A DNA stretch of 64,000 bases from assembly GCF_009834535.1 (NCBI RefSeq), contig NC_045697.1, forward strand, positions 21,702,001-21,766,000. Direction: 5' to 3'. Position numbers and translations under genes: made by a program. Positions 40,560 to 53,248 of this stretch are shown here, one piece after another. The notes beneath the pieces are model-generated. The model was not told the origin of the DNA, ran no database searches, and saw only the letters and a program-made list of their open reading frames with translations. This DNA is from Camelus ferus. Taxonomy: Eukaryota. How positions within the stretch are numbered: the first letter of the stretch is position 1; each line of letters opens with the position of its first letter.

Positions 40560-41960
40560 CTATTTATTTATTAATAATTGAATGTTGAGTATCTACATTG
40601 TCACTGCATATCCTAGCACTTGGGATACAAAGAAACATAAACAGTGGTGTCTGCAGTCAGAGACTTTACAAGATTGGCAGACAGGGGCAAAAAATGTGGA
40701 TGACAACACAGGATAAGTGAAATAATAAGGATGTGGAAAGAGTATAATGGGGAATAACAGGGGGGAAAAGCTGTTTTATTTGAATCATAAAGAGTTTATT
40801 TTCACGTGTAGAAAAAATTAATGCCAACTAGCAGAAAAAGAACATAGAAGAGTGGTGAGATGAGAAGGCATGGTTTTAGGGAATTACAAACAGTTCAGTC
40901 TGGATAAAGCACATGTTACGAGGGGAAAATGTGAAGAGATGAATTTTGAGAAGGAATTAAAGAAGACATAAGATATCTTTGTAAGTACAGTAAGGAGCAT
41001 AGATTTAATCCCATTTGCAAAAGAGAGAGCCTTTGAAGAAATTCAAGAAGAGTGATTTGTGCCAACTTTTACATTAGAAAGATCAGCTGGGCCACAACGC
41101 AGGACATGAATTGGATGACAAGAGAAATAAAAGGGCAGGGCAGCTGTTTGGGAAAATCCAGTGATCTGAGAAATCATTAGATCCTGGACCACAATAGTGG
41201 CAATGGAAATAGAAATAGGATGACGGTTCACACTAAAGACTTAGAATCAGCACCACTTAGTAATCATCTGGATGTGCGTGGTGGAGAGAGATGAAAGTCA
41301 TGGTAATCTACAAGTTGAAAGGGTTGCCAGCTAAGTGGGTAATACTGGTAATATTCATCAAGAAAAAAAAAATTACAGTGAGAAACATGTTTAACAGAAA
41401 GTACAAGTTTACTTTGGACCTGCTGAGACTCAGATATAGGTGGCGATGATGCTCAGGTCACAGTGGACTTAGTTTCGGGAACTCGACAAAATGATCTGGA
41501 CTAGACATGTTAATTAAGGAATGCCCCCAACGTTTCCCATTTTGGCATCATTGAAGTTAGGTGCTATTCCCAGAGGAAGCAGACATGAAAGATTTTAGAA
41601 ACTTCATGAATACTAAAGCTTTAGGAATGTGAAATGGAAGAGAAAATGATGAAGGATCCAAGAGAAAGCACAACAGGAAAACATAATCCTGTCACAGAAT
41701 CCAGTGAAGGAGGGAGTTTCTGATAAAAAAAATCCAATAAAAATCATGTAGCAGCTATGTTAATAAGATATGGACAAAATGCCTTCAATGAATTTAGCCA
41801 TAATCAGTTTTCTTGTGAACTTAATGGACAAATTTTTACTGTTATAGAATAATGGAAGCCAGATTCCTGTGGGACAAAAAAACCAAAATAGTGAAAATTT
41901 GGAAGTAACACATATAAATCACATTTTTCAAAACCTGACAGGGATGAAAAGACACAAGAT
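40560..41960 (-). mobile_element. L2 LINE (about 1.4 kb, 3' end at left); continues at about 44700-44950
   Basis: ttgagtatctac...gggatacaaag; gaattacaaacagttcagtctgga; atctggatgtg; gaagccagatt landmarks. Confidence 0.7.
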
Positions 41961-41966
41961 AAATAA

Positions 41967-44620
41967 TGCAATGGTCAGAAGATACTTAATTGTGCTGCAG
42001 TAAACAACCCTAATATCTCATTGCTTAAAACGCCAAAAATTTCTTTCTTTCTTAGGCTTCATGCCCATCTCTGGGCAGCAGAGGATTCTGACCCAGATTG
42101 TCCTGACTCAGAATCCAAGCTAATGGAACCTCTGAAATTTGGAGTTATTGTGGCAGGGAAAGAAAAAAAGAAAGAAAGAAAGAAACAACAGAAAACTGTG
42201 CACTCAATCTTGAAGACTTCTGCTCACATATCAGAACCAAAGCAAGTCACGTGTTCACGTCTGCATTCAAGGAGGTGGAAGTACAATATACTCTCTTCCC
42301 AGACTGACAAAGACAGAAATATTTATGAAAACTGTAAATACGACTGCAATCTATTCTGGTCACCCAATATTCTGTTCACTCTCCTTCCTGAATCCAGTGT
42401 TTACTCACCTCAGCCATAAATCCCATTCAATCAAGGCATCAAACTAAAAGTGCCAGTCTTCTCAGTGAAAAGATTTTTTTCTTAGAATGATGGATGAGAG
42501 ATTTTAGATAAACCATGGCTGTGGCTATTCTTGTTTTGGAGATCTCTGAATTCAGAAAGACATGTTATTTCCTCCCACAAAGACACCTCCATAAATATTG
42601 GAAGAACAGGGTCTGGAGAGTCAGAGTAAAGGCTCCTTTTTGGAAAACAGAAGGACGCAACCCAAATCAGAAACCTATTATTCTTTTCCACTATCTTCCT
42701 TGGCCACGACTGAAATGGACATCAGGGAATATACTTTCCTTGGAGGCAGCAAATAGTTCTCAGATTACTGCCTGTCCATAGACGGCTGGGGCGAAGAGTC
42801 ATTTCAAGTCTCAAAACAGCAACAAACTCCTGTGGTCCGAGCTGGGTTTTTTGCTGTTGTTGTTGTTGTTGTTGTTTGACAGTACATTCTTTTTGAAAAC
42901 CTAATTAGTTCTTATCAGTTTGATTCCAGTCAGCTTTATCTTTATATATCAGTGTTCACAAGTGGATTTCCTTTCTACACTTACATCCATACATACTGTA
43001 TTTCTTTCTCTCTGTTCCTCTCCCTCTCTTGCTTTCTCTCAATATCTTGATTTATCAAATACCTGGAGGTTACCAAGCTGGCAATGTTAGGCAGTCAGTC
43101 AGACATGAGCGGTGAGGCCCAGGAGGACAGTATCAGGGGAGGACCCAAAAGAGACCCAGCCCCACCCCTTGTGGGTAACACCTAAGGAATAACCCACCGC
43201 AGAGAAGGGGCTAAAAACCACGGGAGGAAATTCCCCTGGCCGAGCACGCACAAAGCCTGCGACCCTTTGTCCAGGCGACCCTACCATCCTGAAACATTCA
43301 TTTATCTCCTGTTACATTTTCTACCCTTACATTAATCTCATTATAAAGTGAATTCTGGGAAAAACATGTGCAGTTCAGGTATCTGTTACATAACTCTCAA
43401 CTGTCAATCAAAAGGGATGTGGTTCCCCAAGCAAAACCAAACCTTAAAAAACTGAACTCCTCTGCTTCCGGGGCCATTGCTTCCTTTGACTTGGCCCGCG
43501 TCTCTCTTGAAGTGTATTTCTTTCTGAAATGAACCCAGCCTGTACTCTGCTACTGTTGCAGCTCCTCAATTCCCTGCTGTGCCAACAAGAACCGAGGTCG
43601 GGGCGGGCCTGCCTCTGCTGTGTCCACAGTGACAGCGAGGTTGGCAAGTGCACACTCTTTTTCTTAGTCTCTGTTTCCTGAGCCGTTTTGCCCATTTGAA
43701 GATATTTATTGAATGTCATCACCTTAATTTGGATTTTCTTGCTGGTGGACCTTAAGCCAGGTGGTTTTAAGTATGACTGTCACAGACATTTCCTTAATTT
43801 GATTTTTGCTCAGAGGCAAATTAATTGGTTGAAAATTGTCCATATATATATATATATTTTTTATTTGCCAAACTCAGTTTCAATCCACATTTCATTTATT
43901 CTTCTGAAGTTTCCTCCGTTTTCTCCTCTACTGTTTGGGTCTAAAAATAGTTGTCTTTTTAATAATACAAAGCTTCAAATTTCTGGAAATGGTTTTTTCC
44001 CTTTTATTTGTTCTTGAAAACTGGCCGATTTATTTCCAGATCCTACTTTTCCTGTAATGCCTTGCTGAATACACTGAATACACGCCACTTCCTCCTGTTT
44101 TTCAACCTTTTCCATTAACACTTCACATCCACTACTTGCATGGTCTACTTTCTAAATTATCATCAACAATATTTTTATCAAAAGCTTTGTGATTGTATAA
44201 CATAGTACTACTTTTTTTTTTTTTAGCTTTAAATAACAGTTTTCTCTTTGCTGACCACATGGGTAGTGAGACATTATCTTATATTTTAGGTTTTTGTTAT
44301 GTTATCACCCAAATTCTAGGAATCACTTTCTATATTAAGCAGGATAAGAGAGATTATGCTTTGGAAAGAGCAAACCCCAAATCTCAGGGCTTAAAAATAA
44401 AGACTTATTTCCTACATTATTTTTATCTCAAGTCAGCAAGGGTATGTACTCAACATTATGATCACTGGGAGACCTAGCTGATAACCAGCTGGCTCCTGGA
44501 CTGTCCCCTGTTGCATGGAAGAGGTATGGAAACACGGAGAATCTTGAGCTGGCTCATAAGGCTTACTCAAAAGTAAGGGACATCAAATTTCACTGGCAAT
44601 CTTATCACTTGCCTGGTCAG
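41967..44620 (-). mobile_element. Two-LTR MaLR (MLT1-type) provirus remnant
   Basis: Similar LTRs at about 41967-42350 and 44331-44620 (aaccc-aatctca-gcttaaaa motif in both); MaLR internal junction caaattctaggaatcactttc|tatattaagcagg at 44310-44343. Confidence 0.6.
43085..43634 (+). mobile_element. ERV1-class solo LTR (LTR9/MER61-like start), CpG-retaining
   Basis: TGTTAG...GTGACA termini, TSD gcaa/gcga (CpG transition), GC box ggggcgggc near the 3' end. Confidence 0.8.
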
Positions 44621-45319
44621 AGAAGATTCTTAATGTAGGTGAACTGCCCTATTGCCTAGCATAGGCAATACCTAGGGAGGTTAAGTGGAATTAAAATACA
44701 AACTTTTACTTTTATTTTTAAAGGATAACTGATTAAACATGTTTATTTGCTGAGGAAGAAATTATGAACACTGGAAAGAACAGTGATTATTGTTGGAGCA
44801 CTGTTGCTGCAGATGTTAAGAAGACAGGGTCTGTGTAGAGGTGAAGTCATTATCCTTAAAAAGGAAATGACCATTTTTCTGCCCTTTGAAAATCAGAGAA
44901 AGAAAATCACATGAATGCAGACAAAGGTAAATTTGAAGGTGAGGAAAAATCATACCTGAGAACCTCAAGGAAGATAAAAGTCAATGCAAAGAAACCAAAG
45001 TGTGTAGAGTCTATCCCAAACGCCTTCTGCAGTCTAGGGTGATCTAAAGATACACAATAGGAGAACATTTTACCTGAAGTAGTTTCTATTTTGTAGTATA
45101 AGCAGGTATTTTTTCTCAGAGCTAAAACTCAGAAGATGAAAATACACACAGTATTGGACTTCTTGGCCTAAGCAGACACATAACCAGCAGAGGACCTGTT
45201 TACAAAGAGCTTCTCACTTCCCTTCTAGGCTCCCCAGGAGAGATACGCCTACAATAATTCTCTTTCATATATTAAAGAGTGAGGAAAAGAGAAGAAGATG
45301 GCAAATAAAAGAGAGAACA

Positions 45320-47190
45320 ATTTACTTGACCAAATGGAACCCTATGGACTCACCCGCTCCCCAACACTGACAATTTAAAATAGTTAATATAGCCCAATGT
45401 AAATTAAAACAGAGGCTTTAAGAATCGAAACACATTATACAAGACCTGTTTAGAGAATGGACTATTACGCCCGCTGCTTCTACATTTAACAGCCCAATTT
45501 AAGTTGTTCTTAAACTTGGAAAGCATGAGCCATGCTGAATTACTGCTACCTTAGTGCTATGCCCCAACCATTAAGACCTCATACCCCAATATTATGGAAA
45601 TCACTGACTCCATCCAATCAGCAACTGATAAATATTTTACTACTATAGACTTACTACTATAATATATTTTGTTCAATGTCTTTTTCAACAGCCTCTCAAT
45701 TGCAGTTTGCTTTCACCTCTGAAGGAACATAGTACACTTTTACCAAGCTGCCCACAAAATAACAGCTGGGCATCACACACAATCTTCGCAGGCAAAACCT
45801 CAACCATGTCTGACGTTCTCCAGGAGAACAGGTATGACATCAACTTAATAATATCCTCCTTCAATGAGATTCACTTGACACATTCATCCAGGACATACAA
45901 ATATTCACAAAGGAATCACAAAAGGGGAGTTGCCCACCCATAGTGTGCAAGGCTGTGCCACCTCAGTTAACTTTCTGAAAATTATTTGGTAAACTAAGGG
46001 CCACTCCATCCCTGACACTGTAGAAACAGCAATTGATCCTCTCAGCTCCCACAACTTCTTTTAAGTTTCAGATGTAATATATTCCTCATTTACATATTTT
46101 ACTTGAGCCCATTCATGGTGTATTTGCAAACTGGCTTACTTTGAATGGTACCCTTTCTAATAAAACACTCTCGAGTCTGTCCAAATTATAATACAACAAG
46201 CATTCCCATTGGTGTTCCCCAGAGATTTCTTCCCTGTAGAGGTTTTAGCAACGTCCTTTCATATTTTCTGAAGCTTCTGGACCATCTGTGATGCCCATAA
46301 GTGGTTCTTAAGTTTCTGACACATGAAACTGCATCCTCAGCCCCTCATCACATTCCATTAGAGTGAAAACTGCTGGTTGCATACTGGGCTCTCTCAGAAA
46401 TAGAGGTTCTCACAGGTCCTAGGCCTGTGACCCTCCAAACCCAGGTGCTCATCATGCTCTGGGTCATCGGAGCAGCACCGTCTAAGCACCACCTTGGCAC
46501 AGACACCCCAGGATGTCTACAGGATAGTCACACCTAGACCTTCTAATGCATCCCATCTGCAGGAAGTCTTGCCTCAGTCACTTGTTAGATGTCACAGTAC
46601 TGAAGGAGATCATTCCTCTCCCAGACCGCTTGGCTTCTGAGAGCCTTCTGGGATTAACAGAGTAAATAACAATGAAAATTCTTATTTTACATAATTGTCA
46701 CAATCACCTGGGTTGGAGCTCAGTGGAATGTGGCTTCCTTCTGTCCCTTATCTAAGATCCCCGATGAAGGACAGGAATCAAGACTCAGCACAACTGACTG
46801 CACTTCAGGCAGCTATCTTAGTACTGGCAGCCCTGGTCCACAATCTTCCCACCTGCACATTTTTACAAACCCTTGAGCCAGTGTAATTAGCCAGCCAATA
46901 GCAGCAACAGCCATTACTTATCTAAGATTGTCTCTTTGGGATAAGGAACTCTAGGAATCTCTGACCTCACCAGTACCCAAAATATAAAATCAAGGTTATA
47001 CACATCTCTGTATCTACAAAAGCCATAATGGAAGGCCTCGCCATGACGCTCTTGATCCATTCCAAGTCTGAGATACCACTGACAGTGACCAAGGCAACCA
47101 TCTCTCTTCTCAGAATGTGAATACACAGTGCTGGGCTTGTGCACCAGGTATTTGATGGAACATTTGCCTCTCTCACCAGCTTCAGCTGCT
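45320..47190 (+). pseudogene. Decayed ERV-L (class III) pol: RT, connection, RNase H and integrase remnant (ERVL47-int-like)
   Basis: Manual translation gives KIVNIAQ...IIQDLFREWTITPAASTFNSPI*V, SQLQFAFT, YIPHLHILLEPI, AYFEW, PLE*KLLVAYWALSEIEVLT and DSAQLTALQA, collinear with ERV-L Pol (TTSPFNSPIWPV, QKQFAF, HIPHL, ASFEW, PFERQLLACYWAL, SSQWAELRA). Many stops and frameshifts. Confidence 0.8.
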
Positions 47191-47194
47191 GCCC

Positions 47195-47741
47195 TCATAA
47201 GTCACCATAATAATTTACTTAAACAGCTACAAATTCAATTAAATGAAAAATGATCAATTTCAGTCACTAAACATCAGAAGTGTTCCTGACTCCATTTTTT
47301 GTTGGAGCTTTTAAGCCTCCATCAAAAAAGCTGTTGTTGACAGCTTTTAAGCCTTACCCTGAACTTTTCCCCTCCACTCCACATCTGATAAGAAAGGAAC
47401 TGATAAGAAAGCTGGTAAGAAAATGCTGATATTCCCACCTTTGGACCTTATGTAAGATTCAAGCCACACCAGTCCTTCTTTGAGTGGGAACCCTGATCCT
47501 GACCCTACATTCTGACCATGATAAAAACCCCAAGCCATTCTTCTTTTCCTAAGATCTCAAGCTATGTTTAAACCAGGTTTGGAGGTGACCTGCTGTTCCA
47601 AGAAAATTTCATCATGTGACTAATAATCTTTTCATCACCTCTTAGGGTGTGTGTGTGTGTGTGTGTGTATGTGATATCAAGAATCTCAAAATCGGAACCA
47701 AATTTTGGGTGGGGCTTCATCCCACTTCTGTGCTCACAACA
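47195..47741 (+). mobile_element. ERVL LTR (LTR47-like), 3' LTR of the preceding element
   Basis: gactccatttt...ccacatctgataagaaag...ataaaaaccccaagcca...gaaccaaattttgggtgggg...cacaaCA; internal (TG)n expansion. Confidence 0.7.
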
Positions 47742-47819
47742 GATAGATAGGTAGGCAGATAGGTAGTTAGAGAAGAGACAGAGACTAAAGTTGAAGCTAA
47801 CCCACACCACTCTAAAGAC

Positions 47820-48286
47820 GGTCAATGAAAAATTAATCAATTGATCTAAGAAAGAAATGCAAAATTTTATTCAAGCCAAATTTGAGGTTTATAACCCGGG
47901 AAAAGCATCTCAGAAAGCTCTGAGAACTATCCCACCAGTCAGAAATCAAGGCACAGTTTTAAAAGTTATTTGAGACAAGAGGGTCCTACATCAAATGACG
48001 TATTATTGACAGTTTACATAATTCAGGTCTAAGCATCATCCTGGTAGGTCATGTGATCCCTTACAAGATCAAGAAGGAAGGTTATCTTTGAAGGAATTGT
48101 GTTGATGCCAGGAGAATGTTGCTCTTTATGGCTGGGCAGGTATTCCTGCCAATGAGGAGGTTTGGTGGATGAATAACACAGATACACAATGTGCAGTAAG
48201 GGGAGAGGAGGCCAAAGGGCAGAGAAGAATTTTTTTTATGTTTATATTTTTCTTGGTTTGCTGTAAAATATGACTTTTATTTCACA
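47820..48286 (-). mobile_element. ERV1-class solo LTR
   Basis: (g)gtcaatg...ttcaCA termini, TSD agac/agat, minus-strand AATAAA (tttatt near 47866). Confidence 0.7.
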
Positions 48287-48367
48287 AGATAATGAGGAAA
48301 TCCCATCCTGAACTTCATAGCTTGTGTTTTAGAATTGAAATACTATGTGTTATTGACTTACTTTAGA

Positions 48368-48500
48368 TCAGCACTTCTCCATTCTAATGTGCATAAGAAT
48401 CACCCAGAAATCTTGTTAAAATGTAGATTTTGATTCAGGAAAGGTAGAGTGAGGCCTAAGATTCCGTGTTTCTAACAAGCTTTCATTAGGTTTCTAGTCC
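48368..48500. mobile_element. MER5A-like hAT-Charlie fragment
   Basis: tgcataagaatcaccca...cttgttaaaatgtagatt...tgattcag...tttctaacaagct. Confidence 0.7.
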
Positions 48501-51279
48501 TTGATTAAGGTGTATGGTAGGTATTCTGAGTTACAGTTCTATCAACATCAGAGACACAGAGAGGTAGCTTTCCCCATAAAGTTGGGAATTGTAGCCAAAG
48601 TTAAAAAAAAAAAAAAAAGAGAGAGAGAGAGACAGGATACAAGAATGGATGCTGTGCACAAAATGACTAATACTCCTTGTATTTGGAGAGTGAGTTTTTT
48701 CAGCTGAGCAGTGCTTTGGTGAACTGATTTATTTCCCCCCGAATCTTCATTTTCCTCACTTGATAGCAGTTACCCTTTCAATACTCAAAGCTCATGCTTA
48801 CTACTACCAGTGTTGAGAAAAACTAGACCAGGGTATCTAGACGGTCCAGTGTAACAGAGCTTGTCTCACTGTCACGTCACACAGCCGAGCCAAGAAATAA
48901 CATCTGAAAGCTGGGAGTGCACATGTGTGGGTGATTGTTTTGGTGTTTGTCAGTTTCAGTTTCCCTTTCTTGGTGATCTTTCCTTAAAAATTTCAACTTC
49001 TATCTGCCTCAGCCTATACTTCTTGTCAAACTTTCAATATCCCAAAGTCAGTTAGTATCTTTGAGAAAATGATCACAGACACAGGTACACGGCAGCATGC
49101 ATATATGAGATCTATTTTTATTTGCAACTATATAAGCAACATCAATACAAACCATCTGATTTTGCTGACAGTCACAGAAGTTTCTCTTCTGCTGCTGACT
49201 TACTAAAACAGGTGGATTTTTTTTTTTTTAATTAACGTTTTGTTGTTCCACTCATCACATTTTTCCTCTGCTGTTGCCATTGTTGGTACTTTCACCATTG
49301 CTTGTTCGAGTTCCCCATTTTGATCCACACTGAACAACTGTCTACTTCTAGATCAGGCTTTTGCTCTCTGCTGTGTCCAGATTGGTAGGGTAGCATTTTT
49401 AATGAAGTTGCTTCCTGTTTACTTTTACTTTATGCCAAATGATGAGGCTTCATTATAGCAATTCCCTCGCCTGCCTTAAATCCTGTCATCCTGCACAGCC
49501 TGTGTGCTTGTTGGACCACAAGACTTCCCCAATTGTCACAAACTTGAAATTACATGGTTTGTTTATTAAAGCTGCTGGGTCTTTGTTCATCTTTGAGCTG
49601 GTTTCTGGCTATTGGCATTATTCATTCTGTTGGAGCTCTTCATCTATACATGCTTTTAAGTGCAAGTTTCCAGGAGGGTCCTCAACACACTGATACTAGA
49701 AAGGCATTACTTTGATTTACTTCATAGGCCTTCACTTTCTGATTTGCACATTTTCTTCTCTCTACTGCACGAAGTTCATGGTTAATAAGTCATCCTTACT
49801 TGATGACATAACTGTATGTGAAGACACAGGGCTGCTTGTTGTCTTTCAGACCTGGCTAAGTGCCTATAACTGTCACTTCAAAATTACAGACAAACTCAAA
49901 GTATTTGTTTTTCCTTGTGTATCTATTAAGAAGGATACTGGTGATTCTCATTCTTTCATTCAGGACAGATTTCTTTGTTGTAATAGTAAAATAAAGAGGA
50001 TGGTATCTCTTTGTTAATTCCATCTAAAACTGACACTAAGCATCTGCCTATAGATGTTTCCTTGATATTATTCATTTAAATATTTCCTGGTCATTAAAAC
50101 TCATGCTGTAGAATAGAAAGAATCTAGTCTTGGATTTTGTCTTGTTTCTTTCATACACTTTTATTTCTAACACTTAATTTTTCTCTGTTCCATTTTAAAA
50201 TACTATTAAGTGTTAAACTCAACAATGGCCACTATTAGTGAAGCCAATGAATTGGGAGTACTGAGATGTAGAGTGAGAAGAGAAACTGGTTACATAATCT
50301 CACCTCTGCATGCTGACGCTATGCCTGAACATAGAGCATTGTTTGTTATTAGTCTTCAGAGGACAGGATATTACAAGAATCTCTGTGAGGGAAAAACATC
50401 CTTTAGAGCATGCATTTGTGCTAGCCCTCCTCTGTAATCAAAGGAGAAGAAATCTCTACATTTTCAACTTAGAAAGAAAATCCATATAGCAACTTGAATT
50501 TTCCTAATGTACCCATATGTAAAAATATAGTGAATCTGTCTCATGGCTATGACTCCAAAAATGAGGTCTCGGATCTAATAAAACTTGGTAGAAGTTATGG
50601 TAATCCATCACTTACTCTTCCTCTGTTCTGGATTCTAACTCTTGGAAGATTCAAATATACAGCCAACTAATAATCAAAACATCAGTCTAATTAGTGACAT
50701 TATTAGGTAAAATAATAGTTTACCTAAACAGTCAATATGGAGAGCTTTCTGAAAAATTCTGGATGAAACAGTACTGCTTAGCCTCCTTTCACTACACTAA
50801 ATACATTCAAGAATCTAAGAGTCAACCTCATTTTACCCATCCATGTGAAGCAGAAAAAATCTTACCTAGTAGCCTTTTACAGGAAAACAGGAACTGTTAG
50901 AATTCACGGTCCCTGGGCTCAGGCAGGTCCAGCTGAAAACAAGAGCTGAGTTAGTAGAGAGCTAAAGTCAATACGTCTTGTCAGTGTATGAATATTGACC
51001 TTTCACTCATAAACCCAACTGAGTAGAGAAAGGGAGCCAAGAGTATGTCAGTTTTCCAACAATTAGGAAAAATCATTACTTCTCCCTTGGTGTCCTCACA
51101 AAATATAGATGGGTCAAAACACTGGGAAAATTTTCACTCTTCACCAAGGGAGAGGCATCAGTGGAGAAACAGATGGGGGTGACCCTCAACAACACTCTTT
51201 TTTTTCCCTTAATTTAAAAGTACAACATAAAAATTTTTTTTCTTTAATTTGTTTTTATTGATGCTGTCTCTCTCAGAGT

Positions 51280-52400
51280 TTCATTTCAAACTATATAATG
51301 CTCATTGTATGTAAGGCATCATTCTAGGTGGTGCAGATACAGCAGCAAATGAAACCGAAGAGTGCTTGTCTTCTTGGAGCTTCCATCTTAAATCGATAAC
51401 TTATATGCCACTTTTTTTTTAGTCTTTCAGAATCCCAGGGCTTCAGCTCAGAAAAGTCTAAAGGCCAAGCTATTAGAAGTGATCTAATGCAATCTCGTCA
51501 TTTAAAATACAAAGAAAACAAGCCATAAACCACTAGCTGGGTGTTTTCTTCAATTTGTTTTTAATTGTTATTTATTCTGCAAGTCTGACAACCTCAAAGA
51601 GAGTGGTCTTCTATTTTTTATTCTGCAATACCCCTACAAGTTTGTGGCAGCTTAAAATACACTAATTATGTTGATGTAAGACTGATATGAACCAGCTTTC
51701 CAATCCAAATGGCATTATAACTCACGTAATGTCACTGCTGTTGGTTCCTGGACCACACTTTAAGAACTAGCAAGACTTTCAAGTTTAAAAGAAGGCCTGG
51801 ATCTTTCACAGGAAGAGGAATATTGTGAGATGAAGAGGAAGAGGATGGGTACAGGTGAAATCTGGACCATACAGATCTGGTGATGGGAAGACGGAGAAAT
51901 TCCAATTTGTATCTTCTGACTTGTCAGCACAGGTGAGGCAAAACCACTTGGGAGGAGAGAGGAGTGGGAAGGATAGATTTAAGAACAAACTAAGCTATTT
52001 TCTAAGCAGGGTTAGATTCCATGTAGAGTTAATATTCACTAATTTTCAGGACAGCCAATCAGCCTCATCCATTTGATATACTGCATCAGTTTTCTGCTGC
52101 TTCTCTTCAGGAACAGAGAAGGCATTTCTTAGTCTAAACAACGGTTTGAGTTTTCTCAAGTGTATATGATACAGGAAGAAAGAGAATAGTGAGGAGATGA
52201 TGTTGGGACAGGAATGAATAATAATAATGAACCATGAGATCCAAGCTGCATAAGAAGCAAATGAAGGGAAGTAGTGGGGTAGTTAAAAAAAAAAAAAAAA
52301 AGTGACCTATAGAGTTCTCAAGAAGTCAAAGAATTGTAGGGCTGGAAGTTCAACAGTAATAGAGGAGCAAGAATAAGAGTTTTAGGTAAAGACCATATGT
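51280..52400 (-). mobile_element. Patchwork of short L2 fragments (plus small MIR/MER5 pieces)
   Basis: aggcatcattctaggtggtgcagatacagcag...cttggagctt at about 51310-51385 and further L2-like purine-rich tracts. Confidence 0.4.
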
Positions 52401-53075
52401 TTTACTTTGTTCGTACATATATTATTTAGACACAGGGCCAAGAATTTAGATTTAAAAGAAAATGCTTCATTTCCATTAGTCAGTAAGAAAGTGCCTTTAG
52501 ATAAAATGATTGAATACTATGAATTCTGAATCACATCTATGTTGTTATTACAGATAAGTAATAGATGGGTACTAATTACCATTCCTCCAACTAAAAAAGG
52601 CTAATTCAAGATGAACACACTATTGTAGTAAGAGCTAGCAGTTTATAAGTATCTGGTTTGCGGAATCTTGACACTTTCAACGTACTATTTTCTAGCACTC
52701 TAGATATTCACTAATAAATAGCTACTGAGTGCCTAATCTATGCCAGATACCATCCTTGGCGCCAGCACTATTACCACATTTTATCTGCATATGAAAACAG
52801 AAACCCAGAGAATTTTCAGTTTTGATTCAGAGTACATATTTTTTGTGGTTTTTATTATGCCATTCTGTAGCCACTTAAGGGCTACAGTTGTTTCTTAGGA
52901 TAGTAATGGGATTTCTACAGCTCATGTAGTTCACGTCTTATGCATTTTATGGCAGTATTCTTTAAAAACATATTATTTGAGCATTTCTATGTACACCTTA
53001 TTTTGTTGTCATAGAATGAATGTATTAACATTAAAAAACTCTAAGTGCAGTAATAAAGTGGTCTTCTTTCTTCTT

Positions 53076-53090
53076 TTTTTAATTTTTTAA

Positions 53091-53124
<34 letters not shown>

Positions 53125-53248
53125 TTTGGGAGGGAGATAATTAAGTTTCTCTATTCATTTGTTTCTTTGTAATGGAGGTACTGGGGCCTGAACCCAGGAT
53201 CTCCTGCATACTAAGCATGCACTCTACCACTAAGCTATACCCTCCCCC
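53076..53248 (-). mobile_element. tRNA-derived camelid SINE (Vic-1-type) with TSD
   Basis: Minus strand gggggagggtaTAGCTTAGTGGtagagtgcatgcttagtatgcaggagatcctgGGTTCAGGCCccagtacctcc (Pol III A and B boxes), (AAAT)n tail, 17-bp TSD tggtcttctt(t/c)cttctt at 53059-53075 and 53249-53265. Confidence 0.85.

Noticed and set aside
49200..50030. Possible ancient RT remnant (LLDDITV...KLKVFVF)
   Set aside because: Similarity too weak and strand cues conflict; needs an HMM search against RTE-X/L4 models.
53170..53248. tRNA gene
   Set aside because: The tRNA-like head is followed by a SINE body, A-rich tail and TSD, so it is a SINE.
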